Shown here piece by piece: positions 33,768-46,485 of a stretch of 64,000 nt of DNA. This stretch comes from Selaginella moellendorffii. Lineage: Eukaryota > Plantae > Lycopodiophyta. The position numbers and the translations under genes were made by a program. Within the stretch, counting starts at the first letter, position 1, and every line of letters starts with the position of its first letter. The DNA is taken from positions 1,062,769 through 1,126,768 of the forward strand of contig NW_003314311.1 of assembly GCF_000143415.4 (NCBI RefSeq). Direction: 5' to 3'. Below the pieces are notes generated by a model that searched no databases, was not told where the DNA came from, and saw nothing but the letters and a program-made list of their open reading frames with translations.

Positions 33768-35397
33768 ATAGAGGATTCTAGCAGAGCATTGGGTGATGAT
33801 CATAGTGTTTTGTGTATGTTACATTGGAATTTAGGGTTCTTTTCCGTGAGGGCTCGGGCGCAGCGGCGATTAAATGTTAGTTATGTGAATAACTTGTTCC
33901 AAAGCTACTCTTCCTCTATTCCTCTTTGACTCTTCAATACAATCGTGATTCTTGCTCGTCTTGATGCAAAGTATGGTTGGTGTTGAACTGGAGCTTCTTC
34001 AAGACGATTTGCACAACTGTGAGACAAAGTTTGTGAACGGTTTGTAGAGTTTTCATATCTTTGTTACAGTTCGTAAAGAATTGTTTCCTGCATTTTAGAC
34101 AGCGGTGATGTTAGATGCTTTGAGCTCGTCGTGGCTGGCGGAATGGAAAAGCATGGCGAATCCACGCCAGAATCCTTCACAGAAGCTCCTGGAGGATTTG
34201 ACTATGAAGGACAGCATGTTTTGTGATGGGCCTTCACAAACAACACGATGGGAGCTTATGCCGAATCTTGCGCTCGGGAAATGGGAATCTCAAAGGAAGA
34301 ACAGATCTCTGTAGTCAGTATCATTGAAGAGTGTTCCCGGGTATTTTGCTTTTCAATTCATTGATGTGTTTCAAGTGAACGCTTTTTTCTGTTTGTTTAA
34401 TGCCAGTTTGATCCGGATAAAATGCCGGTCTTGAAAACCGGTAACTGATGGCCAACTCGTCCAAGATAAGCGATGGAGCCGCGACGCTTCCGCTGGCGTC
34501 GAGAGTTTGCGGAAAAGAATAAGCTGCCGGTGATTGCTCGCCTCCAGGGCTTTGCGAGACGCAGCTCAGGTAAGAAGCTGGTATCGAATTGCTGTTTTCA
34601 GTGCTGATGGAGTCTCTGCTTTTCTCTTTTCCGTCTGCCTCCAGAACGAGCCCAGCCGTGGCAATTCTCGAGCTCTAGGGCATGCACGTCGGAAGATCAG
34701 CGATGTTGACGTGTTTGAGAGTTTCTTGTACCATCCCCTTGTTTTAATACGAGTTGTTTTGTTGCATTGTGGCTCTAGCAAATCTCAAGCTGCTTGGGAT
34801 ATCCAGCGACTTTGCGGCGGTGCCGTTGCATTGAGTTGGTGCGTTCGCTCATAAACAATCTGAGGAACAGGGACAAACAAGGACCCAAGATGTGGCAGAC
34901 AAGCAGCAAAGTGCATCAACAAACAGCCAAAAGTCATGAAAGAAAAGTTGGATCATATGCTTGTTTAATATCTTGAAATTATAAGCTGATAAAAATAAAC
35001 TTATTTTGGAAATGTGGTAGCAAAAGAAGAGATAGAGATTCAACTGAAAAAACAGCCAACTGTTCATCTGGACACACGTTTTGACCAGGTACAATCCCGT
35101 TTGGATGACCAGGTACAGTTCCGTTTGCTACCAACCCACTAAAAAGTCCATTTGTGTGTTGATTTTCTTCTGACACCGGACTGGCAGGCAGGCGGCAACC
35201 TGCGCTGGCTTGAAAGTTGCCTGCGTTAAACACGTCGTCCTTCTCTTGCTTTGAATGGAAGAATGTGGAGAAAAAGTGGCCAACAAATGTAGATAAAATC
35301 ACACACAGATATCTAGGTAGGAAAGAAAAAGAAGGATTGATAGATCTAGGCAGGCTGGAAGAAGCTCTAGAGCCCTAGAGAAGAGAATAGATAGACA

Positions 35398-37001
35398 ATG
35401 GGGTCTGATGCGAGGCCTGGCGGCTTCGATTGCTTGGAAGAGCTAGTGCGGCACAAGGGATGCGTTGTCAAGGATGGCGGATTTGCAACGCAGCTGGAGA
35501 AGCACGGCGCTCTCCTCAACGATCCGTTGTGGAGCGCGCTCTGCCTCATCACCAATCCGGGCCTCATCGCTAAGGTTTTTTTCGTTCTTGCGGTTTTTGT
35601 TTGAATGGATGGGTGGAAAGATCTTTGCTTTGCTTTGGCTGGAGTTTTGGGAGTGATTGTCTTCTTTTGGATTGGATAGGTGCATTGGGAGTACTTGGAA
35701 TCGGGAGCGGAAGTTCTTGTCACATCCTCGTATCAGGTAAATCTCAAGTTTCCCTTCTAATCTCTTTCCTACGGCATTTTCTCTTATCTTGAGTTTATAC
35801 GAGCCTGTTTCTTGTTTGATTCGTTCAGAGCTTACTTTGTTTTCTATCGATTTCTAAAAGTTCGATTCTGTTTTTTTCTTGACGAAGTAGTTCCTTGTTT
35901 TTGTCCACGGCTTTAGATGATTGAGTTATTGTTTGACTTTCTAGTGTTAAGTTAGCTTGCTCCAAAGCTTCAACTCCGTGATGCATGCCAAGTATTTTGG
36001 TTAAAGTGATAGCGTTGGTGTTGTTTCGTCCAGGCCACACTTCAAGGATTTCAGTCTCGTGGGATCAGTCTGGAAGAAAGCGAAGCTCTTCTCCGCAAAA
36101 GCGTGACGCTGGCTTGCGAAGCTCGGGATCGGTTCTGGAGGACAAAGAGAGCTCAAAAAGCTGAGAGATTTAATCGTCCTCTAGTCGCAGCTTCGATTGG
36201 AAGCTATGGAGCGTTTCTAGCAGATGGTTCCGAGTATAGGTACTCTAAAAGTTCTTCCACCTCTTTTTTTTCGGAAGCATTAAACTTGTTCTTTGTTTCA
36301 GCGGTGACTATGGTCCAGGAATGACTCTAAAAAAGCTCAAAGATTTCCATCGACGAAGGCTTCAAATTCTTAGCAGCTGCGGCCCAGACTTACTTGCCAT
36401 CGAAACAATTCCCAGCAAACTCGAAGCTCAGGTTTGATAATTTATGAATAAAAAACTGCTAAGGAAAAAACACGGTTTTTTTTTGCTCAGGCTTTTATCG
36501 AGTTGCTCGGAGAGGAGGATATTGACGTACCAGCATGGATAGCATTTAGCTCCAAAGACGGGAAAAATGTGGTGTCTGGAGACAACTTCTCGGAATCCAT
36601 AGCCATGCTCGATAAGTGTGACAAAGTTGTGGCTGTGGGAATCAACTGCTGTCCTCCACATTTTGTGGAAGGACTTATTCACGAAGCTCGCAAGGTACCT
36701 TAAAATCTTTGACTTGATTTCATGCCTGAAACTTTTACCAGGCTACCTCAAAAACAATCGTGGTTTATCCTAACAGTGGAGAGCAATATGACCCGAAGAC
36801 CAAACTTTGGAAGGTACAAGAAAGAGTTTCTATAGTTTCCTAGTATTTGCTTCTTTTTTCCTATTTCAGCATGAAGAGAATTGTGAAAAGGATTTTATGG
36901 CGTTTGTCAAAAACTGGAAGCGAGCTGGGGCTAATGTGATTGGTGGCTGCTGCCGAACGACTCCAGACACAGTGAGAGGTATTTGCTCGGCAATTTTTTG
37001 A
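35398..37001 (+). CDS. HMT: Homocysteine S-methyltransferase, 7 exons
   Basis: DGGFATQLEKHGALLNDPLWSALCL | VHWEYLESGAEVLVTSSYQ | ATLQGF...LVAASIGSYGAFLADGSEYS | GDYG...DFHRRRL...PDLLAIETIPSKLEAQ | ...AVGINC | ..VVYPNSGE.YD | ...GANVIGGCCRTTP; all GT-AG introns; Zn-binding Cys residues present. Confidence 0.95.
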
Positions 37002-38089
37002 AACATAAACCCAGCCAGCTCTCAATTTTGTATAACTCATAAAAAATATGTTCACTCAAACGCAAATCTCAGAGGCTCTAGATAAGAGCGGGGTGCAAAG
37101 GTTGCCCCATTTAGTCTATTCTTGAAGAAAAAGAAGAGTTGCTCAAGGCTGCTCGGAGGCAAGAAAATCAAGGTGAAGCGGCAGCAGAAGACGAAGAAGA
37201 CCGTGGCGGAAGTTCAACAAGAGCCGCATGGATCCAGGTGCTGCAATAGAAAGGGCTATCGTGGAGTGAAGGTAAGGTGGACGCTCTCTTGCTGCTGGCC
37301 ATGGCCTCAGGGATGCTGTGAAGATGACGATTGCAAAGTGAGGAGAAGCAGACAGGGTATGCCAAGGCATGGCATTAATAACAGCTATATTAATCCTTCC
37401 TTTGAGATTAGGCAAAGTGCCTATAATTTCTAAACTTTCTTAAATGCAAACATGTTTATAGTAAACACTGCGATGTGATATGTGAAATTGCATTTACTTT
37501 GAGTAATAAATCCGCTTTTTATTTGAGTAATAAATACGCTTTTTATTAGCTCGGCTCATGGATTCAAAAACACCTCTCCCTTTTCTGCCGAGCATCCTCC
37601 TCATGGATCCATCTCTTCTGACAAGAAAAGCAACCACATTACATGGTATGCCACCAAAAAAGGAAAAACGAAAGATATCTTGCCTCAATTGACAGTTCCT
37701 CTGGAGCTTCCTTCTTAGCTTGCAATAGCAGCTGTGAGGGCCACTGGTTGTGGCTTCCAGGGCATGGCTATTCATAGTCGTGGCTGCTGCACTAGTCCTA
37801 GCCATGGCTCGGCCATGGCTCGGCCATGGCCATGGCTTCCCCTGCTGGTTGTGCTTCATTGGAAAGGAAAGCCCTTGAGCCAGTGCTGGTACTTGGGTCG
37901 CCATAATCCCTCCCTATCCTTTGGAATCCTTGGCAGCACCATAGCTGTGAGGCACCATAGACCCTAAATGGGGGAAGAGGTGCCATTTCAGCTTTCCATC
38001 AAAAGCTTAAATGAAACCCTAAATGAAATGAACAAAGAAATGGTTTTATATCAACAACTAATATAATTGAACATGTTAAAAATTGAAAT

Positions 38090-38497
38090 AAATTCAAGTG
38101 TACAACTACGATACCATATATTATTATTAGTATAATGAGATTTTGGTAACTATTGAATTAGTTTTAATTCATTTATATATATAAACTAAGTTTTTCAAGC
38201 TAATTAAATATGCATATTTTTCAATATAGTCAAATTAGTAGAGGTGAGGAGCAATTTTCATTGTCCATAAAAAGTGCTTAAATTATTTAGATTTAATTTA
38301 ATATCTAGATCTCTTTTATTCTTGTAGCTTTTCCACTTTTTCTATTTTATCTTTCTCATTATTTTCATTCATTTTCATAATAAAGTAATATACTTCTCTT
38401 TTGCAATAGCCTTTTTCTCCTTTGATTTTGGAGTAACAATTGGTATAGTTGTTTGATGTTATGTGGCTACAACTAAATAATCAAACTTAGTTGATGA
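38090..38497 (+). repeat. Diverged copy of the segment at ~25500-25980 (reverse complement), probably an LTR/TE fragment
   Basis: Colinear blocks CCATATA.TA.TATTAG.ATA.TG.GATTTTGGTA.CTAT, TATAAACTA, TTCATTTTCAT, CTCCTTTGA, CAAACT.AGTTGAT. Confidence 0.6.
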
Positions 38498-38519
38498 GAG
38501 TGTTATGGTTTCTACTTTT

Positions 38520-41500
38520 GCTAGAGTAAGGCTTTATCTACCTATACTCATGTTCTCACCCTTGCCTACAAAAAAGTGATAAACAAACAAAAACAAGAAT
38601 GTAGAAGGAGAAAAGAGAAGAAGAATGTAAATGATTAAATTTTTCATTTTATTTTAGCCACTTAACTACACTTTTGACCATTTGGAAGAGTTTCACTCAC
38701 AACCTCTATAAGTTTTATTCAGAACTTAAAGACAAAGAAGAGAATAAAAGAATAGAAGATAACTTAGCTTTAAACCCTAAAGGCGTAAGTAAGGATAAAT
38801 ATATGTCACTTTCTCAACTTTATTTTTCACAAATAGTCATAAGTGGGAGAAAAGATAGTTAATTCAATACAAATGTATACAATAGTGAATGGGGGTTATT
38901 TTCCAACACATCTAAATGCTACTTATATACACATGATTTTATAATTGTTCCTAATTGCTTCTCGTTTGTCTAAAACAAAGCATTGCTTATGTTAGGTTTT
39001 TCTTTTTTGGATGCCTCAGCTTAGGCATAACTCTATTTTGCTTAATCTTCCTTCTTTTGCTTTACTTGGGAAGATATATAAAACAAAATATTTACCTCTT
39101 TATCACTCCCCCACAACAAAGTTATTACTTGTCCTCAAGCAGTTAGATTCTCCAAATTTTGCTCTAAGTTGTTAAACTTGGTCTTCATAGTGACAAGCTT
39201 GATGCTTTGGCGTAGATCGTCAAGTTCTTGATGCATGATCTGATTCTTTTGGTCGAGCATGGCAATATGGGTCCTGATAGCTAATGCACTTTGCATCGAT
39301 GGATGTAGAAGTCGAGATTGCATTCTTGAGCTCATGGATTATGTGGCACTGATGATTCTATTCACCCATGACTCTATCCATTTTCTTGGTGATTGTTTTG
39401 AGGTAGCTTAAGACTTATGGTACTTTGTAGTTTCTTCATCTTCTACCACTTGCCTCAACTTGTCAACTAGCTACTTGCCTCCCTTAATGTGTTGAGTCAA
39501 CTCCTCCATGAAGTTTCAGATTGCTAGCTCGCTAGGCTGACTCACGGACTTGTGAGCGAAGGCATAGCTAGCCTTGACTTTATGTTGCTACAATGTTTAT
39601 TGCTGTTGTGGCTGCCTCATCTCACTAGACTTGTCGGCTAAAGGTGTGTCACTATCAAATGCATAAGTGGTCTAGAGAAAACTTAACCCATACTCCTCTA
39701 ATTCACCTAGACCCTCTTTTGTAACCTCATCCCATTAAGTTTCTTGGCCGTAATATTCTTAGCCTAAACGCACCTCATTGGCTGTATCTACGGCCAATGA
39801 TTTTGCAACATCTGTAGACACATCATGTATTGGACCTTGTGGCCTAAATTTTGGAATTGTTTCCACAACTTTGGCATCCATTGTTTGCTTAATGTTATTT
39901 ATTTATGTACTTGTCACTTTTCTGATGCTTAGGGAGATTTGTATAGGCATCAGTGTTGTCTTTGTAGACATTGTTCCTGATCCAGGTGTGGCGTTTTATC
40001 ACCATACTTGCCACCTCCAGCTTTTTTGCGGCATAATCGGCCACTGGATTTCTGCAGAATGAACCCTAGAGGTCTCGTAGCTTGGATTTTTAGATCTAGA
40101 CAGAGTTTCTTTTTAAGGGGAGAATTTTCCTCCCTTGAATCTATATTCTCCTCCACTTTCACATCCCTTGCTATCTCCCTTGGAGGAGGTACTGGAGGTG
40201 GTGGCTCAATGGCAAAGTGAGGCATGGGATTCATTTGAGCGGTGTAATGCTTATAGATGCACCACAAAAATATAAAGATTCTCATCTTCATTTGCCTTCC
40301 CTTGCCTACTTATAAGGTAACATTTTTCATTTTAGCTAGTAATCCGTTGTAGGTAAAATGAGTTATGATTATTTGCCATCCAATCACGTTAGCTTCCAAC
40401 ATGTAGGCTATCTTGATGCTAGCATTTTGCGCAATCATCCTCTTGTTGATGATGGCCTATAACACTTTAAACCTAACATGATAGTCAGGTTTCAAGTAGG
40501 TGAAGTTGCTTCCTTGTCTAGATGTGTAGTTTTGGGAGGACATATTATTTGGGCATGCAATCCTTCTTGCTTATCGTGATTATTTCACCCTTGTTGTCTA
40601 AATGAAAAATCCGAGTAAACTGAGTGAGTCCAAAGGGATGAACTCGCCCACAAAAAAGAAAAATATGCTCCTTTGAGTACCACTTCTATATAAGCTTGAT
40701 CCCTTGCATAAGTGAGTAACCCAAAGGCATTAAGCAAAAATTTATCTTAGGGAGAAGCATAAGTTGCCTAGATAGCTTTACTTGGTTATAATTCGGCTCC
40801 TCGTTGCCGAATGAGATTTCCTCCATATATTTATCTTGTCTAGGCATTTTTGCCATCCATGGAGATTTGTAGGTGAACCATTTGGCATTAAACAACTAGG
40901 AGACAGTGTAGTTTGCCAATCGTGGTGCTTTTGCATTAACGATGCAAGAGTGGAGTTGATGGCTTGTGGCGGTGGCATGAGGACAAATTCATTTTGCCCA
41001 ATTAAAAATGCACTTAACTTAGTAGGTGGTGACAATGGCATTTGCTCTTGCGTGGCCATAGACAACATTTAAGCTGCCATACATTGTTTTGGAACTATAG
41101 AGTGTCGGTGCATCTTGGCAAAGGTATAGGCATAAAGTTGGTGAGAGGGAAAGAGCGAGAGAGAAAAAAAAATTCCTTAGTTACCTCCAAGTTACTTAAG
41201 TTGCTCTATCTTACTATGTTAGCCTTAAGCTTTATTTTCTTGCCTTTGTTTGCTTTTGTATGCAAATGTATTGTGGAATTTTTTTTTCTTTATTAGCTTA
41301 GTAATTTCTACTTATTAATCCTCATGGTTTGTTGGTAGAGTTTATAAAATATAGCAAGAAAAATATAGATATTACTCTTAGAGTATCCGCCCCTTCTTTT
41401 GTTTTCTTTTACGTTTTGTATTGCCTAGAGAAAATTTGTATAGACCATACTAGCAAGATTTTGAGGGAAAACTTGCTCTAGAGAAAGAAATATATGTCCA

Positions 41501-44430
41501 ATGTATCCTTTGATTTTTTTTTTTTTTGGAACTTCTTCATAAAACAAAGCACTCAGGGTTTTTCTAGCATGAAGACGAGTCTTTTCTAAGGGATATATAT
41601 TTTCCCTCTATTCTAAATGAACAGATCTTTATCTGAGCTTATCAGGAAAGATTATTCCTATCCAATTCCACTGATCTAACTCTATAAGGAGATAGAAAAA
41701 CTTGGAAATAAGATCTTAAATGATTTTAATATCCCCTTCATCCATTTCTGAAAATTAATTTTACAAATCCTATAATTGAAGAACTAATCTACCTTCCTAT
41801 GGTTTTACAAAATTTGATGTCACTTTGTAAAATTTTTCTAGACCCCTATACTTCATTCAATTGGGTACCCTATTTGTGCATTTAAATAGCTCATCATAAT
41901 GAATCTCTGTGAGGGTTTCATCCGCATGTTTATCCAAAGATATAGATAATATTTATACTTATATCTTCGTGATACTTCCTTAAATGGTTTAAATTTATTA
42001 TTGCAATATTATCTCCATTTAAGGTGTGCACTTCAGCCGTTCCTAAAGCTGGTATCTTAGACTAAATAAATGAACCATTTTATTTTCTCTCGAATTTATT
42101 TCTAAGAGCATTTATTTTGCCTTGATACTAAAGGATTTTATCTCTTGGTTTAAGCTCACAAGAGATTTTCAAATTCTGGTTTTTTGAATTGCATGCAAAG
42201 TTTAGACTGCTCTAAGCTAAAGCTCATATAAATTTTCTATTTTGGCAAGTCTTTGTTTAAGAGTTTATTTTTTGTCTAAGCCATTTTTTACACAAAGAGG
42301 AAATTATAAATTCCATAGTTGTTAAAGCTTTCTAACCATATGTGAGACGAAATAGTGTTATATTTGTAGATACTTTATATGCAATCCTATAAGTTTATAA
42401 AGCATTTAGGATTTTCTTATCTCAATCTTTTTTATTGTCCTTTACAATCTTTTTTAAGATACTTTTAAGCACTTTGTTAGTAGATTTAGCCCAATCATTC
42501 CCTTGTGGGTAATATGGTGTGAACTTTTTGTGCTTAAAGATAAATTTTTGTATAAAAATTTATTGTTTCATTGATGAAATGGTTGTCTTTATCTGTGATG
42601 ATTTCGTTAGGCAAACCAAATCTTACAATAATGTTTTATAAAGGAATTTGACAATGTTAGTAGCTGATGCTTGTTTCATACACATAGTTTCTACCCATTT
42701 AGTCATATAATCAGTGGTAATTAAAATGTATTTGTTCTTTTTACTATTTGTGACTATAAGACCTACAAAATCCAATTCTCATTTATGAAATGCTTTATAT
42801 GGATAAGTAGGATTTAATTCATGAATTTTCTTTTTAAGCGGTAATTTATACATTTAACAAATATCATAATTTTCACAAAAAAATGTTCTATATTTTCATA
42901 GTGTAGGCCACTATAGCCTAATCATTCCTTTGTGGGCAATATAGTGTGACATAATTTCTATCAGGACAGTGGAGGGTAATTAATCCTCAATCTCTCCACC
43001 TAAATGCATAAAAAGTCTTTCCCTTTTTGCTTGTGCGTAGTGTGATTAAGATTAATTAAATGTAAAAATTTTGGCATATGATAAGAGTAGTTTGTTTGCT
43101 TCATAGTGGGTCTTACCTTCTAATTTATATCCAACCTTGCCCTTATAACTATGGAATTAGAAAAAGTGGCTTATTGCTTTTAGCAAATTATAGGCAAACT
43201 GGATCAACACTAAAGATTAATTTAAACGAGGTATAGAAATCATTCCATGAAATTGCCTTATGGAATTAATACAAGAGTCAAATTATTTAGCATATGATAG
43301 TCTATTCTATATCAATTTACTTATGGAATGACATTAGATAGTTTTTTAAACATGTAATAACTAATTCATGGAAGATTTTACTTCAAATCTAGACAAAACT
43401 TGTTTTTCAAGGTAAATTTATCTTTAGCCATAAGTGGTAATGGTCAATACAAATCTTTGTTCAAGCTTGTATAACAAATTCTTGAGCTTTGCATAATCTC
43501 AAAATTTTTGGGAGTGTCTGAGGTTATTTCACCTTTTTAGACAAAATCCTTTTTATAATTAATTCACCTAGATGTATTATGGGTAAAGCGGTTTGAACAG
43601 TTCAAACAATTAGAGTGGTTCGTAATAATTATTTTTGAATTTTTGATTTGTGAGTTTTGTTCGAGTCTCATAAGCTTTTACAATATGTATAGTAAACTCA
43701 GAACAAGTCTACATTTAAATTGTGTTTAAATAGTAGTCCAAGCTAAAGGACTTTAGATCAGCATAATATACTTTATAGCACAATGTTTTAATCATAAATT
43801 TGCCTCTATCAAAGCTTTGTAAGATTTAGATGAATAATTCCTCAATTTATTCTTCGCTAATATTGGTTATAACTTTTTTTAAGCTGGAGTCAAATACAAG
43901 AGTTATAAATATCCAATTTTCCTGCTTGTGTATGTCTTGTGACATGCTATTAAAAAATGTGTCATCTAAAAACCCAAGTAAGAACTTGCTCAAAAGGAAA
44001 AAAATTTAGAGTAATTGATTATGTTTTCCACAGCAAATAAACTCCATTCCTTCTTCTTTAAGATTTTTTTCAAGAAATTACTGGCAAAACAATTTAAATT
44101 TGAGTTTCTTGGCAATATATACCATACTCCAATTTTAAACTTGTCCCATGTTCTATGAATTTAATGATGGATGAGAAACTATCTTTTTTGTATTGTCTAG
44201 AAATGTGGATTATGAAGAGAATATAGTTTTTTCTATTGATGAAAACTTAAAATATAATCTATTACAATCTTCCTAAATTTAAATCTAGAAATACTTCTAG
44301 CAACATTGCTTTCTTGAGTATCATATCCTAAATCATAGTCTTTACCATCCCACTCATCCTAAAACCTGGCACCACTAATTATCATTATGTTATGCATAGT
44401 AACACAAGCTGTGATGTAATTAAACTATGT
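38520..44430 (-). mobile_element. Highly degenerate, AT-rich Ty3/gypsy (Athila/Tat-like) retrotransposon with an extra decayed ORF between integrase and 3' LTR
   Basis: Minus-strand integrase remnants at ~42300-42830 (FHK*ELDFVG...KYILITTDYMTKWVE; FKHKKFTPYYPQGNDWAKSTNKVLKSILKK). Polypurine tract TGGGGGAG followed by TGATA (LTR start at 39105 on the minus strand). Coding-like remnants at 39130-41090. Boundaries approximate. Confidence 0.65.
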
Positions 44431-44778
44431 GTAAGGAGGGGCTAGGTTAGTGGTGAGATCCTTTATTGTTAGTTTGATGAAAACACCAAAACTAGTTGAA
44501 ATATGTATAAAAAAGAAATGAGATAGAAAAAACTAAAAGTTTTAAATTGAAAAACTAATATTGCTTAGCTTTTATGTTTCAAAAGAAGTCCTAGGGGTAG
44601 TTGAGAGAGTGATTGTTACATAGATTACACAATACTTATATGTTTAAAATCACATAAAATATTTACTTGTGGAGTTTCTACAATGTCTAAATCCAAATTT
44701 TCCTTAAAAATGTTTTTTAGCTTGAATGCATTGAAACATTGAACTTACCATGGCATCCCCCACATTCTGCTTGGAGAA

Positions 44779-44839
44779 AAAAATGTGGATTCTGAATGTC
44801 CCAATAAGCAAAAATGTGGATTCTGAATGTCCCAATAAG
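44779..44839. repeat. Direct tandem duplication of 30-nt AAAAATGTGGATTCTGAATGTCCCAATAAG
   Basis: Two perfect copies, period 31 nt, ~140 nt upstream of the peroxidase ATG. Confidence 0.85.
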
Positions 44840-44979
44840 GGTATTCCCGGGTGGACCCACACTGTGGGGTAATATGGCTATGAGGGGCATGACATGTACA
44901 ATAGTTGGGACTCAATATAAAAAGAAGCCAAAACTTCTTCGTTTGCAAAGAGGAGTGGAGGGAAGTTTTACTGATCAAA

Positions 44980-46023
44980 ATGCAGCGATCCAAATTCCAG
45001 GCTCCAGTCGTCTCTGCAGCATTACTGCTGGTGCTAGCACTGCTGCGGCGCTATGCATTTTGCCAGGGATCACCAACAATGTCATTGGAGCTCTCAACTT
45101 CTTTCTATGCTAACACTTGTCCCGATCTCCCTCAGATCGTGAGAAGTGTGATTCGCTCTGAATTTTCCAACGAAAGTCGATCTGCTGCGTCGATCCTCAA
45201 GCTCCACTTCCGAGATTGCTTCTCTCGAGTAAGTCAGAAATTAAAATAGCGTTACTCATTTATGGCTGCCAGGGCTGCGACGGATCGCTGCTCCTCCAGC
45301 GAGGAGATGGGCGCTCCGCCAAGGGACTCAAAATCATCAACAACGTCAAGCGCGCCGTGGAGACTTCATGCCCGGCAACAGTATCGTGCGCGGACATTCT
45401 TGCGCTGAGCGCCCGGGAATCCGTCATAGCCGTGAGTGAGAATCTCCATCGCGGCTTGAGTTGATCATTCTCTTTCGACTTTGCAGCTGGGCGGCCCTTC
45501 ATGGACAGTAGAATTTGGCCGACGGGACAGTCCTGCGACCGTCGCCGCCGCAATGGAGGCCATTCCCAGCCCAAACCTCACTGCAACGCAGCTCATCCAG
45601 AGCTTCCAAAGGCGGGGTCTTTCCAAGCGTGATCTCGTAGCGCTTTCAGGAGGCCATTCCATCGGCCAGGCCCAGTGCTCTGCATTTAGCGCACGCCTCT
45701 TCAATGGAACCCCAGGAGATAGCATCGATCGGGCCTTCAAATCTCGACTCGAGAAGAATTGCCCTCCAACAGCCCCAGACAGATTGACCAATTTGGATCC
45801 ATCCCCCACCACCTTCGACAACTTGTACTTTCGAGCTCTCCTGGCGAATCAGTCGCTCCTCTTTTCAGACCAGCAGCTCTTGGAGATTGATCTGGTGGGC
45901 TTTGTCAAGGAGTTTGCGGCCAACCAGCAGACATTCTTTACCGCCTTCGCCAATGGCATGATCAAAATGGGCAAGCTCTCGCCAATCACAGCAGGGCATG
46001 GTGAAATTCGATCCTCGTGCTAG
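44980..46023 (+). CDS. Class III secretory peroxidase-like protein with atypical distal pocket; exons 44980-45228, 45273-45431, 45487-46023 (314 aa)
   Basis: LSTSFYANTCP, AASILKLHFRDCF|GCDGSLLL, VSCADILALSARE, GGPSW.VEFGRRDS, DLVALSGGHSIG, FDNLYF, GEIRSSC. Confidence 0.9.
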
Positions 46024-46485
46024 TTTTTTTCCTATACATGTAAATCTATTCCTCACATAAAAATATACACCACAGCCTTGACTAGAGAAAGGAATGTTGG
46101 CATATCCCGTAGCATGATGATGGTGGTGGAAATTTTCTCGTCCTGCTAAATCACTCTGGTGAGAGATTCCATTCTTCCCAATCAAGATCCCCCTTAAGCT
46201 CGGCCAAGGTTCTAATCACTTGGCCAATGAGCCAAGATTTTCGCCGCGAGCCAGGGCACGTCATCGGAGCCGCATCGGCGAAATTTCAATTGCCACGGTT
46301 CGGAATCTTCAACTCTTAAACCCTAACGTTAATATATATAAACCTTAGGTTTTAGACGTATTGCCACGCAATGGCGAATATTCACTGACATATACTTGCT
46401 TGCTGTGGAGAAAATTTTGTGCTGCCTAGGGCTAGCTAGGCGCTGCGATCGGTAGGAGTGATGCGCTTGGGCGCTCGGTGTCGTC

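Noticed and set aside
34100-35300. Possible gene between MADS and HMT
   Set aside because: Short ORFs and splice-like sites, but no coherent frame or recognisable domain.
37122-37433. AP2/ERF-like KGYRGV motif
   Set aside because: The rest of the AP2 domain (WAAEIRD, WLGTF) is not recoverable; too weak to call.
37800-37836. Palindromic GCCATGGC tandem repeats as a miRNA hairpin or regulatory array
   Set aside because: Only a few short units; no extended stem evident.
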